Assembly: GCA_013288545.1 (NCBI GenBank)
Contig: JABDBR010000005.1
Coordinates: 1 to 32,000, forward strand
DNA length: 32,000 bases
Direction: 5' to 3'
Source of the DNA: Nitrososphaerota archaeon
GTDB taxonomy: Archaea; Thermoproteota; Nitrososphaeria; Nitrososphaerales; Nitrosopumilaceae
This document shows positions 15,157 to 22,519 of this stretch, piece by piece (within the stretch, counting starts at the first letter, position 1; the number at the start of each line of letters is the position of its first letter). The translations under genes and the position numbers were made by a program. Under the pieces are notes generated by a model. It searched no databases and was not told where the DNA came from. It saw only the letters and a program-made list of their open reading frames with translations.

Positions 15157-15906
15157 TTATAGGAAGGGTTTTGCTTTGAGTTCACGCCACTTGCCACGAG
15201 CCCAGAATCCCCATTTCTGTTTGTCTTCATTTGCATAGTAACATTTCTCATTGTGAGGACATTCCATGCATTTTTCAGACGGTTCGATTGCTGGAGCAAT
15301 GTTGTTTGTCAGCAAGGTATTGAGAATTTTAGCTCTACGTTTTGTTTCGTGTAAAAGCTTCTCACTCTTTGGCACATTAAATTCCATTTCGTTTCCTTCT
15401 CTATCGAAGTAGACAATCACTCCTTCAGGTTTGTCAAACATAAACAGATAGGAGTTCAGGTGTATGAAATCTGCCGGATACGGCATTTCAGGTAATTTTT
15501 CTGAACTTCTAAAGAGCATCACTACTTCATCTTCAACTCTGTCAGCTCTACCGACAATCTTTACGTTAGAACCTGCATCAAGTTGACCGTCAATTGGTTT
15601 TTCCATGATGCTAAATGCGCTCTTTTGCATTATCTTTGACACCATCTGCTTGTGATTGCTTTCAGATGGATCCTTTCGATCAAGGTATGCATTTCTTAAA
15701 CATCCGCTTACCTCATCTACAGTGATCTTACCTTCGTCAGCTACTTGTGGATTAATTGCTGCAAAGACTTGCTCAATTACATCGTAAACATCTACTCGTG
15801 GTGGTGCATCAGTTGCTGCACGATAGTTTTCAATTCCTTCCTTAATTTTGTCTTGAACTTTTCCAACGATTTTTGCTTTTTTGTAGCTAGCTTTGGATTC
15901 TGTCAT
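15157..15906 (-). CDS. Cas4/RecB-like PD-(D/E)xK-superfamily protein with 4-Cys Fe-S cluster signature (orphan, no CRISPR)
   Basis: The N-terminal Cys lies in VSGCLRNAYLDRK (Cas4-type C.R..Y). The C-terminus has CMECPHNEKC (C-x2-C-x5-C). The core reads IVGRADRV...VVMLFRSSEK...FIHLNSYLFMF...GVIVYF. The expected ExK and QxxxY motifs are not clearly conserved by eye. Confidence 0.65.
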   Translation of the reverse strand: MTESKASYKKAKIVGKVQDKIKEGIENYRAATDAPPRVDVYDVIEQVFAAINPQVADEGKITVDEVSGCLRNAYLDRKDPSESNHKQMVSKIMQKSAFSIMEKPIDGQLDAGSNVKIVGRADRVEDEVVMLFRSSEKLPEMPYPADFIHLNSYLFMFDKPEGVIVYFDREGNEMEFNVPKSEKLLHETKRRAKILNTLLTNNIAPAIEPSEKCMECPHNEKCYYANEDKQKWGFWARGKWRELKAKPFL

Positions 15907-15925
15907 TCTTTTGAAGAGTGGGATT

Positions 15926-15974
15926 TCATCTATAAAAGGTATTTTATCCTAAAACAATGTTTTTATGATATTAT
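15926..15974 (-). promoter_or_regulatory. promoter of the Cas4-like gene: copy B of the 49-nt repeated promoter/upstream element
   Basis: The plus strand reads TCATCTATAAAAGGTATTTTATCCTAAAACAATGTTTTTATGATATTAT. On the minus strand TTTTATAG (15930-15937) lies 23 nt from ATG 15906, the same offset as copy A. Confidence 0.7.
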
Positions 15975-16037
15975 TCTTTATTTTGTAATATTTTAAGCAA
16001 TGATTTTAATAAAAGCATTTCATATGTGCAATGAATC

Positions 16038-16385
16038 ATGACCCTTAAAAAAATAGAGGCAATATTTCCAAAAGAAAAATTGGATGCGGTCTTCAATGCC
16101 CTAACAGAACTTGACATAAGTGGATTTACGTACATGGATGTCAAGGGCAGAGGTGCTAGACCAAGAGAAATGGTTTCATCAGGCAGAGGAGGACGTATTG
16201 AAGCTACACACAATGTGAATGCACTAGTCTATGTAGTTGTCACTGAGAGTCAGTTATCTAAAGTAATAGATGCAATAACTACTCATGCAGGTACAGGGGC
16301 AGCAGGAGAAGGAAAGATCTTCATCTACAACCTTGATGATGCGGTAGACATAGGAACCAAAAAACGCGGCGAATCCTCACTCTAA
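16038..16385 (+). CDS. nitrogen regulatory protein P-II family
   Basis: KKIEAIFPKEKLDAVFNAL...GFTYMDVKGRG...TGAAGEGKIFIYNLDDAVDIGT follows the GlnB/GlnK fold pattern (compare E. coli KKIDAIIKPFKLDDV...TEVKGFG...TGKIGDGKIFVFDV). TATA TTTAATAAAA (16005-16014) lies 23 nt upstream. Confidence 0.85.
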   Translation: MTLKKIEAIFPKEKLDAVFNALTELDISGFTYMDVKGRGARPREMVSSGRGGRIEATHNVNALVYVVVTESQLSKVIDAITTHAGTGAAGEGKIFIYNLDDAVDIGTKKRGESSL

Positions 16386-16490
16386 ATTTCTTTTACCTAT
16401 TTTACTTTAATTTATAGAAAGACTCCCTGGTACTTTTTTTGGGATAGAAAATATCTTAATCTATATAACTCCAACAAGCACAACAAAATC

Positions 16491-17009
16491 ATGTTCTGGC
16501 CTGGAATGGGAGATCCGACAAAACGTAAAAAAATGCTCAGATTTCTTGCAATTTCAGCAGCTGTTGGAGTAGCAGTAGTTTTGATCAGTACTACAGCAAT
16601 TTCACAGGTCAAAGAACAGGATCCTCTTTATCACAAATGCGTTAATGGTTTGGATATTCAATATCATGTATCTGCTTCACTAGATGTTCAAGTAGATGGT
16701 AAAAAATGGGAAAAACCGATAGATACCACTGTTATTCCAAAAGATTGTGAAAGATCTATGGTTTTTCTAGATGATGGAACTATTCGCGGCGAATGGACAA
16801 AGCAGTACCCATTTGAGGTAGGCCAATTTCTTTGGATGTCAGGCTTTCCGTTGAGAGACATGGATGAAGTTAAATCAAAAATTTATGTAAATGGAGTAGA
16901 ATCTCCTGACTTTATTCATACAATAGTTCAGGATGGAGTACACTACAAGGCAGAGTTTGCCACAAAGAATGCCGGAGCACCAACCTTTACACCACCACCT
17001 AAAAGCTAA
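16491..17009 (+). CDS. membrane-anchored extracytoplasmic protein, unknown function
   Basis: A basic N-terminus plus TM (RKKMLRFLAISAAVGVAVVLIST) is followed by a soluble domain with 2 Cys and a Pro-rich tail. TATA-like ATCTATATAAC lies 21 nt upstream of ATG 16491. Confidence 0.5.
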   Translation: MFWPGMGDPTKRKKMLRFLAISAAVGVAVVLISTTAISQVKEQDPLYHKCVNGLDIQYHVSASLDVQVDGKKWEKPIDTTVIPKDCERSMVFLDDGTIRGEWTKQYPFEVGQFLWMSGFPLRDMDEVKSKIYVNGVESPDFIHTIVQDGVHYKAEFATKNAGAPTFTPPPKS

Positions 17010-17112
17010 GTATCACCCAAAGCCAGATTCGGAACAATCCAGACTATAAAATTATTCAGAAAATAACTTTAGTTGAGAATAAATTAAAAATAAGGAAAAA
17101 GAGTTTTGGGGT

Positions 17113-17394
17113 TTACCAGTATTTACCGTTGTCTGGTATCAGACCAATGCCTTCTCTTTCAAAGTGCTTGTTGAGTTCTGCGACCCATCTTTCTCTTGTG
17201 TCGCCACCAAGACCGTGCACTCTGAGCCAGAATGCAATTACTCCGAGAAGGAATACTGTGAACATGATGGTTGCGAATATGTAGACCATCACATCATAGA
17301 ATAGCGGGTCATAGTTTGGACCTATTTGACCTGCAAAGTTTGACAGCATACCTACGAGCATAGTGAATATCGTGCTCATCATAATTCCAAGCAA
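17113..17394 (-). CDS. small 2-TM membrane protein, unknown function
   Basis: 93-aa protein with two long hydrophobic helices (STIFTMLVGMLSNFAG; VMVYIFATIMFTVFLLGVIAFWL) and a charged C-terminal tail. Confidence 0.5.
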   Translation of the reverse strand: MLGIMMSTIFTMLVGMLSNFAGQIGPNYDPLFYDVMVYIFATIMFTVFLLGVIAFWLRVHGLGGDTRERWVAELNKHFEREGIGLIPDNGKYW

Positions 17395-17477
17395 TTTAAG
17401 TGCGATATATACATTTCTGTAAGAGATAAAAAATAGAGATCTAACGGGAGATTAATAAAATAAGAAAAAGAGAAGAA

Positions 17478-17777
17478 CTAAGCTCTCTTTGCTTTTTCCG
17501 CTTGCTTTGCTCTTACAACAAAAGCAATGAAGATTCCACCGAATATTCCACCTGAGATGATCGATGCACCGAGTACACCGCTTGCATCAAGATATGGAGT
17601 ACCTGAACCTGCGTGCGGATTATTTTGTACTGCCTGTACCTTAGCTCTTGCTAGTGCCAATTCCTGTTCGAGCCCAAGACCACCACCTGGTGTGTACTGA
17701 GCTGCAGCAAATGGAGCAAATGTAGAGGCTACAAATAGAGCCAACAGTGCAGTTCCAACAATTATTGGTGTTTTCAT
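17478..17777 (-). CDS. small secreted/tail-anchored protein (signal peptide + C-terminal TM), unknown function
   Basis: MKTPIIVGTALLALFVASTFAPFAAAQ is a signal peptide. An Ala/Gly-rich segment follows, then the C-terminal TM GGIFGGIFIAFVV and a basic tail. Confidence 0.5.
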   Translation of the reverse strand: MKTPIIVGTALLALFVASTFAPFAAAQYTPGGGLGLEQELALARAKVQAVQNNPHAGSGTPYLDASGVLGASIISGGIFGGIFIAFVVRAKQAEKAKRA

Positions 17778-17883
17778 ATGAATACCTAATTGAGATTCGA
17801 TTTCGTAGATATTTAACTTTTATGCAATTAATACTTGCGCGGAGTCAAGTAACATTTATGTTTCCTTAAAAAACAAGCGGTTC

Positions 17884-18333
17884 GTGGGTCGATTACATTC
17901 ACATAGACATGGCAAGTCACATTCGACAAGACCAATCACTCCTAGTACACCTACATGGGTAAAACAGAGTCCAGCTGAGATTGAAGAATTGGTTGTCAAG
18001 TATGCAAAAGAGGGCCTTCCTCCAAGCAAGATTGGAATAAAATTGCGTGATCAGTATGCAATACCAATTACAAGACAAATTGTCAAAAAATCAATTACAG
18101 AGATCCTCGAACAGAAAGGAATCAAAACAGAAATGCCTGAAGACCTGAATAACTTGGTAACCAAGGCACTTGGTCTACAGAAACATTTGAAGGAGCACAA
18201 GTCTGATAAAAGAAATGTCAGATCGCTTGAACTCTTAGAGGCAAAAGTTCACAGATTATCTTCATATTACAAGAAGATTGGCACGATAGCCAAAACTTGG
18301 AAATATAAGGCAGTTATTGCTCAACTCGAGTAA
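17884..18333 (+). CDS. rps15: 30S ribosomal protein S15 (uS15; S15P/S13e)
   Basis: The N-terminus (M)GRLHSHRHGKSHSTRP and the C-terminal half LEAKVHRLSSYYKK are typical of archaeal uS15. The start is GTG. Confidence 0.9.
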   Translation: MGRLHSHRHGKSHSTRPITPSTPTWVKQSPAEIEELVVKYAKEGLPPSKIGIKLRDQYAIPITRQIVKKSITEILEQKGIKTEMPEDLNNLVTKALGLQKHLKEHKSDKRNVRSLELLEAKVHRLSSYYKKIGTIAKTWKYKAVIAQLE

Positions 18334-19751
18334 TGGCAAAGTTAGATCAAGCATTATCTTACTTTCATGACAGGGTTTCTGATTGTATCAAAACAGGAAA
18401 GAATATTTCAGTAATTACTCATCTTGATTGTGACGGTATAACTTCTGGAAGTATTGTTACAAAATCTTTGATCAGATCAGGTGCAAAATGTACCGTACGA
18501 ACTGTCAATGAATTCAGCCAGGGCGTTATTGAAAAAATGAAAAATGATTCAAGACAGTTTCACATAATCACAGATCTTGGCGGAGGATTTGCAAAGGACA
18601 TTGATAATGCATTAGATGATGATTGGATAGTAGTTGATCATCATCAAATACCACAAGAAGAATTTGATAACCAGAAAGTGATCAATGCTTGGAAATACGA
18701 TGTTGATGGCGGAAAAGATGTTTCTGCCGGAGGCATGGCATATCTTGTTTCAAAAGCGCTCCACAAAGAAAATACAGATTTAGCATGGATTGCAGTCGTA
18801 GCAGCACTGGGTGATCGTCAGGATCAAGGTGAAAAGAAATCATTTACAGGAATAAATTTGGAAATTGCATCTGCGGCAAAGAAGAACAATCAAGTTGAAA
18901 TTGATTTGGACATTTTGCTCGTTGGAAGAGAGACAAGACCACTCCCAGATGCACTTGCATTTACCTCACAGCCCTTCATTGAGGGTTTAACATGGAATCG
19001 TGACGCGTGTCTTTCACTTTTAAATTCCTCAGGAATAAAATTAAAGGATGGTAGTAGGTGGCGTGTTCCGGCAGAACTAACAGAGGATGAAAAACGGACA
19101 CTTTTACAGACAATATCAAAGTACATTTCGACTAAAAATGCAAGCGACATACTAGATGAGCTTGTAGGATACACATACACATTATCTGGTGAGGATAAGA
19201 GAAGTTTTCTTCGAGATGCAAGAGAATTTTCTACAATGCTAAACTCTTGCGGTAGAATCCGCAAGGCTGGAGTGGGAATAGCAATTTGCATGGGAGACAG
19301 GACCAAGATGTTACAAGAGGGTGAAAACATACTGGTAGAATATAGAACATTCTTGAGAACTTACATGAATACACTCTCCAGTGAAAGATGGAGAATAACC
19401 GATAATGGCCACTACTTGATGGTAAATGGCGAAGGTCTTGTTCCAGAAAATATGACAGGCGCAGTATCATCACTTCTTGGAGGATCACAAAAAAACACAG
19501 GAAAGATAATCATACTTAGAACTAATGGCGAAGAAGGAACAATAAAGTTCTCTTCACGTAAATCTACTGGATGTAAATCTGAAGTAAATTTGGGATTGTT
19601 AATGCGAGAATGTGCTGCAAAAGTGTCTGGAGTAGGCGGAGGACATGCAGCAGCTGCGGGAGCAAGAATTACAAAAGACAAATTAGATGAATTCCTAGAT
19701 TACCTGGAACAAAATGTCTCTAGAATGCAAAGTTCAAGTGTTTCTGAGTAA
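18333..19751 (+). CDS. DHH-family RecJ-like nuclease (archaeal GAN/Cdc45-RecJ homologue)
   Basis: DHH motifs are present: ITHLDCDGITSG, DLGGG, VVDHHQ. The C-terminus has a DHHA1-like GGGHAAAAG. The start overlaps the S15 stop (TAATG). Confidence 0.8.
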   Translation: MAKLDQALSYFHDRVSDCIKTGKNISVITHLDCDGITSGSIVTKSLIRSGAKCTVRTVNEFSQGVIEKMKNDSRQFHIITDLGGGFAKDIDNALDDDWIVVDHHQIPQEEFDNQKVINAWKYDVDGGKDVSAGGMAYLVSKALHKENTDLAWIAVVAALGDRQDQGEKKSFTGINLEIASAAKKNNQVEIDLDILLVGRETRPLPDALAFTSQPFIEGLTWNRDACLSLLNSSGIKLKDGSRWRVPAELTEDEKRTLLQTISKYISTKNASDILDELVGYTYTLSGEDKRSFLRDAREFSTMLNSCGRIRKAGVGIAICMGDRTKMLQEGENILVEYRTFLRTYMNTLSSERWRITDNGHYLMVNGEGLVPENMTGAVSSLLGGSQKNTGKIIILRTNGEEGTIKFSSRKSTGCKSEVNLGLLMRECAAKVSGVGGGHAAAAGARITKDKLDEFLDYLEQNVSRMQSSSVSE

Positions 19752-19956
19752 CCTTTCAGATAAAAAGGCAGAATCCATAAGAAAATCTTTGGAGCCTGAT
19801 AATGTAGATTTTCCAGAAAATCTTTCTTTTAGAATTGAAAAGGATGGAACATCTTTGATTTTCACATTTGAGGGTAAAGGAAATATACGAACATTGATCT
19901 CTACTATTGATGAAGTTCTTGAACAGACTCAAGTTATACTCAAAGTGACTAGCTAA
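19714..19956 (+). CDS. pcc1: KEOPS complex subunit Pcc1-like
   Basis: 80-aa protein with KVQVFLSNLSDKKAESIRKSLEPDN...LIFTFEGKGNIRTLISTIDEVLEQ, which fits the Pcc1/CTAG pattern. It overlaps the preceding gene by 38 nt, and its stop overlaps the serS ATG. Confidence 0.7.
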   Translation: MSLECKVQVFLSNLSDKKAESIRKSLEPDNVDFPENLSFRIEKDGTSLIFTFEGKGNIRTLISTIDEVLEQTQVILKVTS

Positions 19957-21218
19957 TGCTTGACCCAAAACTTCTTCGAGATAATCCTGAAAAGATCAGA
20001 AACATGTTAGAAGCAAGAGCTGTGAAATTTCCTCTTGATGATTTAATATCACTAGACAAGGATAGAAGAGAATTAATTGTAAAAACTGATGAGTTTAGGA
20101 AAAAAAGAAATGATGTGTCATTAGAAATTGCAAGAAAAAAGAAAACAAAGGAAGATGCTTCCAGCCTCATAGAGCAGATGCAAACAGTTTCTGAAAATCT
20201 TCAGAAATTGGAAGAAGGCCAGATAAAAACAGAAGAAAATTTCACGAAACTTTCTTTAACACTACCCAACATGATACACGAGTCAGTCCCCATTGGAAAA
20301 GATGAGACGGCAAACAAGGAGATAAAAAAATGGGGTAACATACCTACTTTTGATTTTCCCATAAAAGACCACATAGATTTGACACAGAGTCTTGACCTTG
20401 TAGATTTAGAGAGAGCGGCCAAAGTTTCAGGGGCACGGTTCTACTATCTCAAAAATCAACTTGTCAGATTAAATCAAGCACTATTACAATTTGCACTTGA
20501 TTTTTTGACTGAGAAAAATTACACTCCCATACAAACACCATTTCTGATAAACAGAGCTGCCATGGAAGGAGCTATAATTGCACAAGACTTTGAGGAAGTG
20601 ATTTACAAGATTGAGGGCGAAGACCTCTATCTCATAGGAACAAGTGAGCATGCAGTAGCATCAATGCATTCAGATGAAATAATCGACGGTAAAAAATTGC
20701 CCCTAAGATATGCTGGAGTCAGTACATGTTTTAGAAAGGAGGCAGGAGCTCATGGCAGAGACCAGAAGGGAATATTCCGAGTACATCAATTTGAAAAAGT
20801 AGAACAGTTTGTGTTTACAAGACCTGAAGATTCGTGGCAAGAGCATGAAAGAATGTTAACAATAGCAGAAGAATTTTATCAAAAAATGGAGATACCATAT
20901 AGAATCATGTTGTTGTCAAGCGGCGATCTGGGCAAGGTCTCGGCCAAGACCTACGATCTGGAAGCTTGGATGGCAGGTCAGAAAAACTATAGAGAGATAG
21001 TGTCTTGTTCTAATTGTCTTGACTTTCAAGCAAGAAGACTGAAGATAAGATTCAGAGACAGGACAGATGAACAGCCACAATATCTCCATTCCTTGAACAG
21101 TACTCTAGTAGCAACTACAAGAACAATGGTGGCAATAATTGAAAACTTCCAGACCAAAGACGGACATATTGCAGTTCCAAAGGTATTGCAAAAGTATGTG
21201 GGAACTAGCCTAATCTAA
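19956..21218 (+). CDS. serS: seryl-tRNA synthetase
   Basis: MLDPKLLRDNPEKIRNMLEAR starts an N-terminal coiled-coil arm. Class II motifs follow: RFYYLKN, FRKEAGAHGRDQKGIFRVHQFEKVEQF, HSLNSTLVATTR. Confidence 0.95.
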   Translation: MLDPKLLRDNPEKIRNMLEARAVKFPLDDLISLDKDRRELIVKTDEFRKKRNDVSLEIARKKKTKEDASSLIEQMQTVSENLQKLEEGQIKTEENFTKLSLTLPNMIHESVPIGKDETANKEIKKWGNIPTFDFPIKDHIDLTQSLDLVDLERAAKVSGARFYYLKNQLVRLNQALLQFALDFLTEKNYTPIQTPFLINRAAMEGAIIAQDFEEVIYKIEGEDLYLIGTSEHAVASMHSDEIIDGKKLPLRYAGVSTCFRKEAGAHGRDQKGIFRVHQFEKVEQFVFTRPEDSWQEHERMLTIAEEFYQKMEIPYRIMLLSSGDLGKVSAKTYDLEAWMAGQKNYREIVSCSNCLDFQARRLKIRFRDRTDEQPQYLHSLNSTLVATTRTMVAIIENFQTKDGHIAVPKVLQKYVGTSLI

Positions 21219-21261
21219 AATGTCGTACAACTTATATTTTGGCCGCAGAAGGTCATCATAG

Positions 21262-21876
21262 TTGGCTCGTCAAAAGACTGCAAGAGTAAAAGACAAGTGG
21301 AGGGAAAAAAAGTGGGTTACAGTACTGCTTCCTGCTTCATTTGATAAAAAACCAATTGCCTATATTCCAGTCACTGATGATGAGAACGCAATTGGTAGAG
21401 TAATAGAGGTCACACTACATGATATCCTAAAAGGAGATCCTTCTCAGCACCAATTCAAGCTATATTTCCAGATTCACAAGATAGACGGAGAAACTGCAAC
21501 TACAATTTTCAAGAGATTTGAATATGCAAAGGAATTCCTAAGAAGTCTTGTAAGACGAGGTTCCTCATTGATTAGTTTCATCGCAGATGTAAAGACCAAA
21601 GATGGGTACATTTTCAGAATAAAGATAGTTGCATTGACCCAGAAGAAGCTTAACACATCAAGAAAACATGCAATCAGACTAGTTGCTCAAGAGGTAATGT
21701 TAAAAACTATTCCAGAGATGACAATAGATCAATTCATTCAAGCTACAGTATTTGGAAAGATAAACTCAGATGTAATGGCAGCAGTCAAAAAAATAGTTCA
21801 CGTAAGACATGTTGGAATCGAAAAGGCAAAGCTCATAAGAACTGCAGAGGGCGAAATTGCTCTGTTGCAGGCCTAA
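21262..21876 (+). CDS. rps3ae: 30S ribosomal protein S3Ae (eS1)
   Basis: (M)ARQKTARVKDKWREKKWVTVLLPASF is the typical eS1 N-terminus. The start is TTG at 21262. Confidence 0.9.
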   Translation: MARQKTARVKDKWREKKWVTVLLPASFDKKPIAYIPVTDDENAIGRVIEVTLHDILKGDPSQHQFKLYFQIHKIDGETATTIFKRFEYAKEFLRSLVRRGSSLISFIADVKTKDGYIFRIKIVALTQKKLNTSRKHAIRLVAQEVMLKTIPEMTIDQFIQATVFGKINSDVMAAVKKIVHVRHVGIEKAKLIRTAEGEIALLQA

Positions 21877-21910
21877 TAGATATTAGCCTATAATTCATAC
21901 AGTATACAAT

Positions 21911-22333
21911 ATGACACATCAGTTAGAAGTTACAGCTGAGGTAATCTTTCATGCAACAGAAGATAGTAAGAAAATCTTTGAGCCCATCTTTGATTTATTC
22001 CAAATAAAAGAAGATGAATTTGCCATAGAAAAAACTCTTGGGCATTACGGAAATACAATATCACTTGCCAAGATAACACTTACAAAAAAACGTGCAGAGG
22101 AATTTATCAAGAAATTAGCCTCAAAAATATCAAAGACCCAGATGGATGAATTGGTAGAAAACATGGATGCATATTTTGAAGATACTTCACTTTTTTTGAG
22201 AATAGGCAAAAATGAGATCGTAAGAAAAGAGATCAGTTTACAACAAAACAACGCAATAAAAATTAAAATAAAAATGCCAATCTACAAAAAAGACCAAATT
22301 TCAAAAAAATACATAGAATTACTTACGGTTTGA
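21911..22333 (+). CDS. DUF54/COG1931-type putative RNA-binding protein
   Basis: LEVTAEVIFHATEDSKKIFEPIFDLF fits the N-terminal pattern of the archaeal DUF54 family, often near ribosomal genes. Assigned from memory of the family. Confidence 0.5.
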   Translation: MTHQLEVTAEVIFHATEDSKKIFEPIFDLFQIKEDEFAIEKTLGHYGNTISLAKITLTKKRAEEFIKKLASKISKTQMDELVENMDAYFEDTSLFLRIGKNEIVRKEISLQQNNAIKIKIKMPIYKKDQISKKYIELLTV

Positions 22334-22519
22334 ATAAAATCCGCAAAGCCTAGCATGATTTAATAATATTTATCGGCCTAAGAGAAAGGGGATGAGGTAA
22401 TATTTTTGCCGCTCCAGTCTGAGCATCTGCTGTGAAGAAGCCGCGACGAACCGACCCAAAATACCTTTGATCTATTTTCATACGGTTCTTTTAAATAGAG
22501 TGGATCCTGTTTTTTCGCT

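Noticed and set aside
15157-15906. Possibility that the Cas4-like gene marks a CRISPR-Cas locus or a casposon.
   Set aside because: No repeat-spacer array, cas1/cas2, polB or terminal inverted repeats occur anywhere in the 32 kb. Only the 49-nt direct repeats flank it.
15971-16213. 80-aa ORF antisense to the PII gene, and the 66-aa ORF 16412..16612.
   Set aside because: Both overlap well-supported genes or promoters on the other strand and have no independent signals.
22385-22470. Calling the GC-rich island a bona fide C/D box sRNA.
   Set aside because: The C-box candidate GGATGAG lacks the first U. The C-to-D' spacing is about 23 nt instead of about 12. The putative D box is CCGA. No convincing terminal stem in the correct order could be drawn. 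It is kept only as an unclassified ncRNA candidate.
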